Shown here: one piece after another, positions 11,580-21,018 of the stretch
Numbering within the stretch: the first letter of the stretch is position 1
Layout: each line of letters begins with the position of its first letter
NCBI GenBank assembly: GCA_034530615.2
Contig: JAVRCV020000053.1
Location: forward strand, 81,048-145,047
Length of the DNA stretch: 64,000 nucleotides
Source of the DNA: Aulosira sp. ZfuVER01
GTDB lineage: Bacteria; Cyanobacteriota; Cyanobacteriia; Cyanobacteriales; Nostocaceae
Direction of reading: 5' to 3'
The notes under the pieces: generated by a model
The model's database searches: none
What the model was told of the DNA's origin: nothing
What the model saw: only the letters and a program-made list of their open reading frames with translations
Position numbers and translations under genes: made by a program

Positions 11580-11840
11580 ATTAAGTGTTAGATGTCTTCA
11601 AAAAATATTTAGTTGATTACTATTTTAATCTATATTCCACAACCGTAAATCTACTTGAAGAAGATAATTTTAGGGAATTGTTTTTTGTTATTGAGAATTT
11701 ATTCAAGGAAGAGTACGCCATTGTACTGTCGGCTGGTATTAACAATAGCAATCCTATTTCAGTTGTGAAAAATATCAGTGGTGGCTGTCAACTATTAACA
11801 GTCATCGGTTAACAGTCTAATGCCCAATGCCCATTGATCT

Positions 11841-13733
11841 TTAGATATTAATACTCTGAGGAATTTTAGAAGGGAGCAGATACTCATAGGCTGGACGGTT
11901 CAAGTTGCGTTGATTAATAGTATGTTCAACTTGCTGGAGATTTTTTTGGAATGTCTGCAACAAGGGTTGTACACGCCGATCGCTAAAGTATCCCTGTGGA
12001 TATTCACCAAGTTTGTTGTAATATACAGAACCTAATAAACCGAGTAGATTATATTGCCGTTGTGCTTGATTCAAGGGTGGAAGTAAATTCAGGTAGTCTT
12101 GCTCAGTAACTTCTCCTTTGAGAATTGAAGCTGGCAAATAACCAGCCATTGGCAAGGCAGCAGCATAGCCCATCAAATCTTTTTGGGGAAAGTTAACCGC
12201 AGCATGTTGAGCGCTGGCTGTGAAAATAATTAATGTAGCCGCATCTACTAAGTATTCTCGCGTTTGGATACGTCCATCTTCACCAAAATCGCTGATGCGA
12301 CCACCATTGTAAGCTTGGACTTCAGTTGCCCACTTCTGAAGGGCTGCATCATTCTGAATGTCGTTATCTGTAGCGTAGTAAAGGTTCAGGTAGTCTGCAA
12401 CCCACTGATGAATGGTATCCCAGACTAACAGTGCATCGTCCCGGTAAGGATACACAGGCAACAAATTAGGATCGTCTACACCACGCTGCTGGAATTGCTT
12501 CCGTAACATGGCACTATTGAAGCCATAGCTTTGTAAGCCACGCACTGCTAAAACCCGAGAGTTATCAATCGTTGATGAGAGTAATCTATCGACCCCACCC
12601 CCAGGAGCGATTAAAATCCTTTGGGCTGCATCGTTAATTGCTAAAGTGCCTTCAAAATGGGAGCGCAGCAGTAAGCCAAGGGGATGAGTGGCTGGCAACT
12701 GGCGATGGGTAGCCATGACAAAAGCACCAACGAACAGGTGTGTTCTGGCTAGGTGGGTGACAGGTTCGTGGAAGTTAGCATCTGCTATCTGTACAATTGT
12801 TTTGGCAAATAGCCAAGCGTATTTACCTGAGTTAGGGGTGATAATCGGGTAATCGGGGCCGGGAGTTTGGCCGCATTGAATGGCGACTGGACGTAGTAAA
12901 CGAGAGAGTTTTGAGCCTTTGGGTACAGCAAATAGTGCTAGGGGCGCATAGACATATTTTTGGTCTTGTAGATATATACCGTCGATCGCACCCTCGAAAA
13001 TTCCATAATCCGCTAGGTAAAGTCTTCCTTCTTCTCCCGCTGCTTGTAATGAATCATCCGTTCCCATCACCGCCTGGTAATGTTCGTCGGTGACAGGGAA
13101 GTGATCGCTCAGGCTGGTTACTCGCTGAATCATTACGGGATTGTAGCCAGCTACTCGCATATAGGCAAAGACTTTATCTTCCTGGAAAGTTTTGCCAATC
13201 GCTGGCACTCCAATCATAGGGAACAACTTTTCATAATCATTTAGGTTGGTCACATGACCTGTAGGTTGTCCTTCACGCAACAGCGTAATAGCCCGATTCA
13301 AAGCATCTTTGAGAATTACAAGTCCGTTTTCCTTGAGAATAGAAAATAACAGATCGTCAAGTTCTCTAAAATCTTTGGATATTCCTTTGATTAAAAACTG
13401 AGGGAGAATTTGCAGAAGCCTAGCAATAATACTGATTTTGAACGGTATTGCCCCCTTAAATAAGGCTTCTAGGATAAACATTTTCACATCATCACGGATC
13501 GTCGACTTGGAACCACGATTGCCTCGGTTGGTAATCAAGGTATTGAGAAAAATATTGCGTAACTGCTGGGCTAGCAAAAAATACCAGTTCGCGGAGAAGC
13601 GTTCCGTAGCAGGAAGCTCATCTACCATCGCGATCGGTGGAATATGGGTGTAGTTATATTTATATTCTTGCCTAGCAACCTCTAGGCTCGCAGTAACGGG
13701 AATTATTGAATTGTTTTGTGATGAAGCAGTCAT
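11841..13733 (-). CDS. Lipoxygenase
   Basis: Iron-ligand motifs HEPVTHLARTH and QHAAVNF; C-terminal SINI. Confidence 0.95.
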   Translation of the reverse strand: MTASSQNNSIIPVTASLEVARQEYKYNYTHIPPIAMVDELPATERFSANWYFLLAQQLRNIFLNTLITNRGNRGSKSTIRDDVKMFILEALFKGAIPFKISIIARLLQILPQFLIKGISKDFRELDDLLFSILKENGLVILKDALNRAITLLREGQPTGHVTNLNDYEKLFPMIGVPAIGKTFQEDKVFAYMRVAGYNPVMIQRVTSLSDHFPVTDEHYQAVMGTDDSLQAAGEEGRLYLADYGIFEGAIDGIYLQDQKYVYAPLALFAVPKGSKLSRLLRPVAIQCGQTPGPDYPIITPNSGKYAWLFAKTIVQIADANFHEPVTHLARTHLFVGAFVMATHRQLPATHPLGLLLRSHFEGTLAINDAAQRILIAPGGGVDRLLSSTIDNSRVLAVRGLQSYGFNSAMLRKQFQQRGVDDPNLLPVYPYRDDALLVWDTIHQWVADYLNLYYATDNDIQNDAALQKWATEVQAYNGGRISDFGEDGRIQTREYLVDAATLIIFTASAQHAAVNFPQKDLMGYAAALPMAGYLPASILKGEVTEQDYLNLLPPLNQAQRQYNLLGLLGSVYYNKLGEYPQGYFSDRRVQPLLQTFQKNLQQVEHTINQRNLNRPAYEYLLPSKIPQSINI

Positions 13734-13917
13734 GGATTTTCTTGTATGTACTGTTAAAAGAGAACTTCAAATAATTTTTTCGTTTATGAGATGAGTTAGC
13801 ACTGTCTGGTAGAGCTTATCGAATTATTCTGTCCAAGTGGCGATTATTGAAAGGTTGTGTTGCAAAAATTTGTAGGAAATAAAATTGCTGTATAAATTCC
13901 GACTTATTATGCAGCCA

Positions 13918-13935
13918 TTGTCAAAATTTTGACAA
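13918..13935. promoter_or_regulatory. Perfect 18-bp palindrome TTGTCAAAATTTTGACAA, candidate operator
   Basis: Seen directly between the divergent LOX and cNMP-binding genes. Confidence 0.4.
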
Positions 13936-14111
13936 CAAACTTAAAATTCTGCTTTACCAAAGATTAACCCTCTGTTAACCTTGCTTGTTTTACCCTAGCG
14001 TGTACTCCGATCGTTGCATCTGAAATATAGAGCATCGCAGTTAACGGCGATAAATCATACGTGCTGATGCAAAACATAGGTGGAAAAACAACCAATTGCG
14101 GGGCAGTTTTT

Positions 14112-14495
14112 ATGTTAAGTGCTGTACAAACTCTCGGTATATTTCAAAAACAACCAGATCCGAAAATATTTTCAGCTGGACAAGTTATCTTTCAAGCAGG
14201 AGAACCTGGTGATTGTATGTATGGCATTCTAGAAGGAGAGGTTGATATATTAGTTGATGGCAAGGTCGTAGAAACAATTGAAGCTGGAGAAGTTTTTGCT
14301 ATAGGAGCTTTGGTAGGGGTAAAAAATAGAACTTATACAGCTATTGCCAAGACAGATTGTCAACTTGCTTTCCTGAATGAACAAAGGTTTCTGTTTGTAG
14401 TGCAAGAAACTCCTATGTTCGCCCTGCAAGTGATGAAAAATTACTCAGAACGTTTGACTCGTGTTGAGAAACAGCTATCCAGCCTTACAGTTTAA
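14112..14495 (+). CDS. Stand-alone cyclic nucleotide-binding domain protein
   Basis: IFQAGEPGDCMYGILEGEV..RTYTAIA; no HTH domain. Confidence 0.88.
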   Translation: MLSAVQTLGIFQKQPDPKIFSAGQVIFQAGEPGDCMYGILEGEVDILVDGKVVETIEAGEVFAIGALVGVKNRTYTAIAKTDCQLAFLNEQRFLFVVQETPMFALQVMKNYSERLTRVEKQLSSLTV

Positions 14496-14533
14496 TACCG
14501 GTTCAAAAAATCTTTGCAACACATCAAGAATCT

Positions 14534-14561
14534 GTAGGGGCGCAAAGTCTTGCGCCCCTAC
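14534..14561. repeat. GTAG-type REP palindrome GTAGGGGCGCAAAGTCTTGCGCCCCTAC
   Basis: Imperfect palindrome with GTAG/CTAC ends. Confidence 0.75.
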
Positions 14562-14577
14562 CCAATCTATCTGTCAA

Positions 14578-14610
14578 TCCACCCCCTTGTGGGTGGAGTT
14601 TTTTATTTTT
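14578..14610 (+). terminator. Hairpin TCCACCC-CCTTGT-GGGTGGA followed by a T-run
   Basis: Stem-loop plus poly-T between convergent genes. Confidence 0.5.
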
Positions 14611-14621
14611 TTGGTATTCCC

Positions 14622-16211
14622 TTAACTAACTACGGCTTCTGCTTTTTCCTGCACAGGTGGCACATAAGGTTTTTCTGCACCTTGGGCGAGATACTCTGCT
14701 AGCTGAGTTTCAATTTGATCGCGCACAATTTGGCGATATTCGAGAAAATGCTCGTTGTGGGCACAGGCTGAGAGGTAATGCTCGGCAACTCCTGGGTTAT
14801 GCTTGATGATGCTAAATAAGTGATGCCAGAATTTCCAGCGGGTTTCGCGTTTGATGCCTTGTCGCCAGATGACAATCAACAGCGCTTTAATGACTATCAA
14901 CTCTGGCCATTTAAATGGGGCTTTCCAAGTTGGCGCACCCATCATTAAAAAGCAGCGGTAAGTACGATCCAAATACTTCACTGGATCGTATAAAGCACAA
15001 AATGCTTCAATGTATTCTCTGGCAATATCTTCTAAGGGACGGGTAGCAATAAAGTTCATCAAAGTTGTCTGGTTGATGTTGCCATCTTTGTTTTCCCGCA
15101 ATCTGCCTTCTTTCTTCAGGCGATGCCACAAGGCTGTGTTGGGTAGCGCTTGCAACATAGCAAAGGTAGTAGAAGGAATTCCTGCTTGTTCGGCAAAACG
15201 GACAATGCGATCGCCTGCACCTGCTTTTTCGCCATCAAATCCGATAATAAACCCAGCCATTGGGCGCAATCCAGCTTTGATGATACTTTGCACAGCGTCG
15301 GTGAGAGAACTGCGGGTATTTTGAAACTTTTTCGTCAGTTGCAAGCTATCTTCATCTGGTGTTTCAATACCTAAAAATACCGCTGCAAAACCAGATTCAA
15401 CCATCAATTCCATCAATTCTGGATCTTGTGCTAAATCAATTGAAGCTTCGGTATCAAAGCGGAAGGGATATTGATGTTCTTGCATCCAAACTTTTAACTC
15501 TTTCAGCAACAATTTCACATTGCGTTTGTTGCCAATAAAGTTGTCATCAACCATGAACACACCCCGCCGCCAACCTAATTCATAAAGATAATCTAATTCT
15601 GCTAATAGTTGGGCTGGGGTTTTGGTACGTGGTTTGCGGCCATAGAGAACAATAATGTCACAGAATTCGCATTGGAAAGGACAACCCCGCGAAAACTGCA
15701 CCGACATCATATCGTAAGCATCAAATTCTAATAAATCAAAGCGGGGTACTGGTGTGCTTGTGACATCTGGTTTTTCACTCGTCCGGAAAGTACCAGAGGT
15801 TTCGCCTCTTTGAATCGCCTCAACGAACATAGGTAAGGTGATTTCCCCTTCATCCAAAATCAGAAAATCTGCGCCCACGTTTTGTACTTCATGGGGTGTA
15901 GAGGTGGGGTAGGGGCCGCCCACAGCGACTAACTTACCACGCCGTTTTGCTTCCTGGATTTGGTCTAGTAAGTCCTGTTTCTGGACAATCATGGCGGAGA
16001 AAATGACCACATCAGCCCAAGCCCATTCGGCTTCGGTAACTGGACGGATGTTGCGATCGACTAGCTTATATTCCCATTCTTGAGGGAGAATTGCCGCCAC
16101 TGTTACTAAACCCAAAGGTGGTAACAAAACCTTGCGATCGACTAACGCCAAAATTTTCTCGTATGACCAAAAGGTTTTCGGAAATATTGGATACACCAGT
16201 AGGACTCGCAT
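14622..16211 (-). CDS. B12-binding radical SAM protein (DUF4070 type)
   Basis: SRGCPFQCEFC CxxxCxxC motif; N-terminal PPLGL cobalamin-binding region. Confidence 0.92.
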   Translation of the reverse strand: MRVLLVYPIFPKTFWSYEKILALVDRKVLLPPLGLVTVAAILPQEWEYKLVDRNIRPVTEAEWAWADVVIFSAMIVQKQDLLDQIQEAKRRGKLVAVGGPYPTSTPHEVQNVGADFLILDEGEITLPMFVEAIQRGETSGTFRTSEKPDVTSTPVPRFDLLEFDAYDMMSVQFSRGCPFQCEFCDIIVLYGRKPRTKTPAQLLAELDYLYELGWRRGVFMVDDNFIGNKRNVKLLLKELKVWMQEHQYPFRFDTEASIDLAQDPELMELMVESGFAAVFLGIETPDEDSLQLTKKFQNTRSSLTDAVQSIIKAGLRPMAGFIIGFDGEKAGAGDRIVRFAEQAGIPSTTFAMLQALPNTALWHRLKKEGRLRENKDGNINQTTLMNFIATRPLEDIAREYIEAFCALYDPVKYLDRTYRCFLMMGAPTWKAPFKWPELIVIKALLIVIWRQGIKRETRWKFWHHLFSIIKHNPGVAEHYLSACAHNEHFLEYRQIVRDQIETQLAEYLAQGAEKPYVPPVQEKAEAVVS

Positions 16212-16331
16212 ACAGTATCAACCCTCACACTTTGATTGTTATCCCACTTTAACGAAAATTAAGACTTATTGACTTTTTATCTTAGCGGGTTCATCTGTTT
16301 CCTAAAATTTTTTCTTCCACATAAATGCGCT

Positions 16332-16573
16332 GTAGGGGTTTAGCAATGCTCATTGGTGTCAACTTAAGCTAAAAATAGCCTCTCCGGTAGCTTTGTCACT
16401 CGCCTGAGAATGAATTCTCAGGCTAATAGCCCAAGTCTACTAAAGTAGACTCAAGATTTTGAGGATATTTAGTCATCTTCAAATGACTTTTGCTATTAGC
16501 AAGGAACTTCAGTTCCTTGCGGGATGAGGGTTTCGCGTTAAGTTGACACGTATGAGCAATGCTAAACCTCTAC
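16332..16573. repeat. REP GTAGGGGTTTAGCAATGCTAAACCTCTAC, split by a MITE
   Basis: Left half 16332-16350 and right half 16555-16573 share the duplicated AGCAATGCT. Confidence 0.9.
16351..16554. mobile_element. 204-bp non-autonomous MITE of the neighbouring IS4 family
   Basis: Ends CATTGGTGTCAACTTAAG ... TTAAGTTGACACGTATG; 9-bp target duplication AGCAATGCT; no ORF. Confidence 0.92.
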
Positions 16574-16583
16574 GATATATCTA

Positions 16584-17150
16584 CTAACAAGGTAAATCTA
16601 ATAGCAATCCTTTATGCTCAGAAACATCACCAGGATTTTTAATATCGCGTTCCCATACTAAAGGATTATTAATAATGTATTCTCTAATTGCAGCTAAAGA
16701 TTGTTCATTTCTATTAATATGTTCATAAAAATTTCTTTGCCATACCGAAGATATACCTTTTTGATTGCAAATATAATTAATCTTTTTAGTAACGGCACTT
16801 TTATAAGATCTAACTACACAAGGTATTGAACCAGCTACCATTTTCCCGTATTTTCTTGGCTCGTCTTCTCTCTTGGTTGTGTTAATAATCCATAATATCC
16901 CATGAATATGATTGGGCATAATTACAAATACATCTAATTGTATATGCGGGAAATGTTGAGGAATTTCTCTCCAGGATTCACGGGCAATTGTACCGAGTAA
17001 ATTTAATTTCATTTGCCCTTGTTTTATATCACCAAAAATACATTGTCTGTCTTTTGTGCAAATGGTAATAAAATATGCACCCTCTTGGGTGTAATCGTGG
17101 TCTTTTAATCTGATGGAACGGCGATGATGAATTTGTGGATTATAGGACAC
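16584..17150 (-). CDS. REP-associated tyrosine transposase (RAYT, Y1 HUH)
   Basis: RRSIRL..YFITICT, MPNHIHGI (HUH), WQRNFYEH and YIINNP (catalytic Tyr); flanked by inverted REPs. Confidence 0.92.
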   Translation of the reverse strand: MSYNPQIHHRRSIRLKDHDYTQEGAYFITICTKDRQCIFGDIKQGQMKLNLLGTIARESWREIPQHFPHIQLDVFVIMPNHIHGILWIINTTKREDEPRKYGKMVAGSIPCVVRSYKSAVTKKINYICNQKGISSVWQRNFYEHINRNEQSLAAIREYIINNPLVWERDIKNPGDVSEHKGLLLDLPC

Positions 17151-17286
17151 TGTAATTCTGAGAGATTATCTTGACAAAAGTCTAAATAATTTTTTGTTAC
17201 GGTCATAATCACAATTATTTTATAATATTGTAATGCCGTAATTTTTTCATCTGGGAATATCCTATGGGTAGGGGTTTAGCATTGCT

Positions 17287-18698
17287 CATTGGTGTCAACT
17301 TAAGCTTGAAGTAACCATAAGATGTAATCTAAGAACATCAATTCAGGTGTTCTTAGTGATACATCATGAGTAGAAAACGACCAGCGCGAACCGGAAACCC
17401 AGATTTGCGGCAGCAAAAGCATGTACCAGCGCCACCAATCGAGGAAATCGAGAAAGAAATATTTTCATTGCTATCTCCTGTAAGCTTCAAACCCTTGAGA
17501 TTGTATGAAGACGAACAAAAGAAAAAATTCCGCGACAGAATCTTAACACTGCCGATGATGATGGCGATCGTGGTGAGTTTAGTATATCGGCAGATTCCTG
17601 GGTTAAGAGAAGTGCAAAGGGTATTGTCACAAGAGGGATTGTTATGGGTCGAGCGAATCGAAGTCAGTGCCCAAGCAGTGTCAAAAAGATTGCGAACATT
17701 ACCAATAGAATTATTTGCACAAATTTTTGCGCAAGTAATGGCAAGAATCAATAATCAACCACAAAATCAAGCAATTCCTGAGAATTGGCAACTAGTATCT
17801 CAGAAATTCACAGCCATCTGGATTGCGGACGGTTCAACCCTAGAAGCATTACGAAGGAAGTTAAAAGCCCTCAAAGAACAAGAAAAAACACTTGCAGGCA
17901 AAATGATGATGGTGGTGGAAGCCTTTAGCCATCGACCGGTGACAACCTGGTATACAACCAACAGCAAAGCTAATGATAAAACTTGGTGTGATCAATTACT
18001 TGAAAGCTTACCAGTTAGCGGATTACTGATTTTTGATTTAGGATTTTTCAAATTTCCTTGGTTTGATGCATTTACAAAAGCAAACAAGTTTTTTGTCACG
18101 CGACTGCGAGAAAAAACCTCTTACAAGGTCACTCGTTGTTTAGCTAATGCCCCATTCTACCGTGACGAAATTATAGATATGGGAGAATACCGCTCTAATC
18201 CTTGTCAGTACCCAGTACGTCTGGTTTCTGTATTGTGGGGTTCAAATTGGTACTATGATTTAACAAACGTACTAGATCCGCAAATCTTATCTGCACAGCA
18301 AGTTTGTGAATTATATCGAAGACGTTGGCGAGTTGAAGATGCTTTTTTGCTAACCAAGCGGCTTTTAGGTCTAGCTTATATCTGGGTTGGTGATAGTCAT
18401 GGTGTCGAAATTCAAATTTTTGCCACTTGGATTTTTTATGCTGTTCTCAATCAATTATGTCTTGATGTAGCGATCGCATTGAATCAACCTTTAGACCGAA
18501 TTTCTACAGAGATGGTTTTCCGCAGTTTATACCATTTCTCCCAAGCTGTTCTCCGTGGTGATGCTAGTGAGGCTGTTCCTTATCTTGTCGAACATCAAAA
18601 GCTCTTTGGATTAGTCAAAACCAGGCGTAAGCGTCATCGAGAGATTGACGCTTACACTCAACAAATTTGGGCTTGATCTTCTTAAGTTGACACCAATG
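17287..18698 (+). mobile_element. Complete IS4-family insertion sequence (1412 bp)
   Basis: Perfect 18-bp terminal inverted repeats CATTGGTGTCAACTTAAG / CTTAAGTTGACACCAATG; 9-bp target duplication; one transposase ORF. Confidence 0.95.
17366..18676 (+). CDS. IS4-family DDE transposase
   Basis: WIADGS, IFDLGF and YRRRWRVEDAF..K (YREK signature). Confidence 0.95.
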   Translation: MSRKRPARTGNPDLRQQKHVPAPPIEEIEKEIFSLLSPVSFKPLRLYEDEQKKKFRDRILTLPMMMAIVVSLVYRQIPGLREVQRVLSQEGLLWVERIEVSAQAVSKRLRTLPIELFAQIFAQVMARINNQPQNQAIPENWQLVSQKFTAIWIADGSTLEALRRKLKALKEQEKTLAGKMMMVVEAFSHRPVTTWYTTNSKANDKTWCDQLLESLPVSGLLIFDLGFFKFPWFDAFTKANKFFVTRLREKTSYKVTRCLANAPFYRDEIIDMGEYRSNPCQYPVRLVSVLWGSNWYYDLTNVLDPQILSAQQVCELYRRRWRVEDAFLLTKRLLGLAYIWVGDSHGVEIQIFATWIFYAVLNQLCLDVAIALNQPLDRISTEMVFRSLYHFSQAVLRGDASEAVPYLVEHQKLFGLVKTRRKRHREIDAYTQQIWA

Positions 18699-18713
18699 AG
18701 CATTGCTAAACCC

Positions 18714-19673
18714 CTACATTGATTTACTTTTGACACCGCTAATTTTCAAAACGTCACTCATAGTTGCACAGTAATTTGGTAAACCAAAACTGGCGGGATT
18801 GATGGCATTTTCGTAAGTAAAATGTCGATAGTTCATGCAGAATCTATCCCAAGCAGCCATTTGAATTCGGAAGACGGCAATAATGATGTTGGCTAATGTG
18901 ATAGATAATGGAATGCGAAAGTAAATCTTTTTACCTAGATAGGCGCAGACTTGTTCTATAGCTTGGTTAACAGTTAATTGCTGTTGACCTAAAACAAACT
19001 TGCGCGGCCCTGTTTCAATAGGAGGATGTTCAATTAAATATTTGACTGTAGTCGCAATGTCTTTTCCGTGAATAAAGTGGAAACTGCCATCGGCTTGCAA
19101 AAACCGAGCTAAATTAATATACTTTGCGACTTCGGGAATTCCAGATGTTACAGCAGAATAGGGCTTGTTGGCATCGCCGCCTAAAACTAATGTGGGAAAA
19201 ACTGTGGTAATTTTAGGTGCGATCGCCAATTTTGATATTTGCTGCAAACACTCATACTTAGAACTGACGTAATCTGTACCAATTTCTCCAGCTTCTTTGA
19301 GTGGTTGATTGTGGCGATTTAAAACGCTAGCTGTAGAAAAGTAAATTACCTGTTCGCATCTCTCTGGATCTAGCAGCTTCAGCAATTCTAGAGTTTTATT
19401 TACATTAATATTAAAGGTTCCATCGCCGCCCCAAGCTGTTGCTGTTAGTACCGCAATATCAATTGTTGATAGCAATTGGGCAAACTGGCTAATTTGTTGC
19501 ATATCACCTTGCAACACAGTGATACCTGGACGCGCCTGAGTATCAACTTGCAGTTTATTGGGGTTCCTAACTAGTAGATACAGTTCGTAATTTGTTTCTT
19601 GAATTAAGGCTTCAGCTAGGTAGTGACCGATACAGCCACTTGCACCAGTCACTAAAATCCGTTTCTGGCTCAT
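18714..19673 (-). CDS. NAD(P)-dependent epimerase/dehydratase family
   Basis: TGASGCIG Rossmann motif and YxxSK; stop codon lies inside the REP right half. Confidence 0.88.
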   Translation of the reverse strand: MSQKRILVTGASGCIGHYLAEALIQETNYELYLLVRNPNKLQVDTQARPGITVLQGDMQQISQFAQLLSTIDIAVLTATAWGGDGTFNINVNKTLELLKLLDPERCEQVIYFSTASVLNRHNQPLKEAGEIGTDYVSSKYECLQQISKLAIAPKITTVFPTLVLGGDANKPYSAVTSGIPEVAKYINLARFLQADGSFHFIHGKDIATTVKYLIEHPPIETGPRKFVLGQQQLTVNQAIEQVCAYLGKKIYFRIPLSITLANIIIAVFRIQMAAWDRFCMNYRHFTYENAINPASFGLPNYCATMSDVLKISGVKSKSM

Positions 19674-19822
19674 AGAGAATTGTAAGTTTTCTTTATTAGT
19701 TGCTTGGGATTAATTTTTAGTTCCCAGTGTAGCGGCTTTTCAAAGGTATTTTTAAACCGATCGCTTAATAAATCTGTCAATTGTCGGTTGTTAATCATTA
19801 ACTAACAACTGACAACTGACAA

Positions 19823-19851
19823 GTATGGGTTTAGCAATGCTAAACCCCCAC
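19823..19851. repeat. Uninterrupted REP copy GTATGGGTTTAGCAATGCTAAACCCCCAC
   Basis: Matches the reconstructed pre-insertion REPs that flank the RAYT. Confidence 0.88.
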
Positions 19852-19853
19852 AA

Positions 19854-20906
19854 CTAAACCAGTACATTCAGTTGTTTTGCAGTTTCAAAGAAGAAAGCGA
19901 CATTTTCTTCTGGAGTTTCTGGTAGTACACCATGACCGAGATTGAGAATATGACCCCAATTTCCAGCTTTGCGAACAGTATCGAGGATGCGATCGCGGAT
20001 AAACTGTTTGGAACCAAATAACACACCTGGGTCGAGATTTCCCTGAACTTTCACGTGCTTACCCAATCTAGCCCGTGCATCCGCCATGTCTACAGCCCAA
20101 TCTACAGTCACAACATCTGCACCAGATTGAGCCATTCTCTCTAACACGCCTGCACTACCGCTAACCAACAAAATTAAGGGTGTGTCAGGATGGGTTTGTT
20201 TGACTTGCTCAAAAACCCGTTGCTGATATGGCAGAGCAAAGGTGTCATAATCTTGAGGACTCAATTGACCCGCCCAGGAGTCAAACATTTGCACAACTTG
20301 GGCACCACAGTCAATTTGGTAGCGTGCGTAAACGGCGATCGCATCTGCTAATTTCCCTAAAAATTGATGCAGAATTGTCGGGTCAGAAAACGCCATGTTC
20401 TTGATGATGGAGTAGGTTTTAGAACCTTTTCCTTCTACTGCATAAGCAGCCAATGTCCACGGCGCACCGACAAACCCTAATACCGTTGATTGATTCCCTA
20501 CCTCTTGACGTAACGCCTGCAATATGGTTTTGATAAACGGCAGGGATGTTTCGGGATCGAAGGGACGCAGGTTATCAACTTGGTCTTGAGTGCGAATGGG
20601 CGAGTGAATAATTGGCCCTTTACCTTCCGCAATGTCCATGTCAATGCCCAAACCAGGCAATGGCGTAACAATGTCGGAAAATAGAATCACCCCGTCTGGT
20701 TGAAAAGCTCGCCAAGGCTGTAGGGAAACCTCTATCGCTACTTCGGGAATTTCTGAGCGATCGCGGAAAGAAGGATACTTCTCCCTTAAATCTCGATATG
20801 CTTTCATGTACCTTCCCGCTTGTCGCATCATCCATACAGGGGGACGGTCTACTACTTCACCACGAGCTGCCATGAGGAGTCTAGGAGCTGTTGAGGAAAC
20901 ACCCAT
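19854..20906 (-). CDS. hemE: Uroporphyrinogen decarboxylase
   Basis: [18 protein letters not shown] and NLGHGV motifs. Confidence 0.98.
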   Translation of the reverse strand: MGVSSTAPRLLMAARGEVVDRPPVWMMRQAGRYMKAYRDLREKYPSFRDRSEIPEVAIEVSLQPWRAFQPDGVILFSDIVTPLPGLGIDMDIAEGKGPIIHSPIRTQDQVDNLRPFDPETSLPFIKTILQALRQEVGNQSTVLGFVGAPWTLAAYAVEGKGSKTYSIIKNMAFSDPTILHQFLGKLADAIAVYARYQIDCGAQVVQMFDSWAGQLSPQDYDTFALPYQQRVFEQVKQTHPDTPLILLVSGSAGVLERMAQSGADVVTVDWAVDMADARARLGKHVKVQGNLDPGVLFGSKQFIRDRILDTVRKAGNWGHILNLGHGVLPETPEENVAFFFETAKQLNVLV

Positions 20907-21018
20907 TTAACACTTCATCCTAAGTCACTTTTTTATGCCACTGTTTAGCTTATCATTCTGAGATTACGCTTTTTCAGGAGTCTGCTCTCACTCTCGTATC
21001 TGCTTAACTTAACTTTAT

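Larger units (their letters stand above)
17268..18717. repeat. REP GTAGGGGTTTAGCATTGCTAAACCCCTAC, split by an IS4 element
   Basis: Left half 17268-17286 and right half 18699-18717 share the duplicated AGCATTGCT. Confidence 0.9.

Noticed and set aside
16584..17150. IS200/IS605 TnpA of an autonomous IS
   Set aside because: Sequence motifs and flanking GTAG palindromes fit a RAYT; no tnpB or IS200-type ends.
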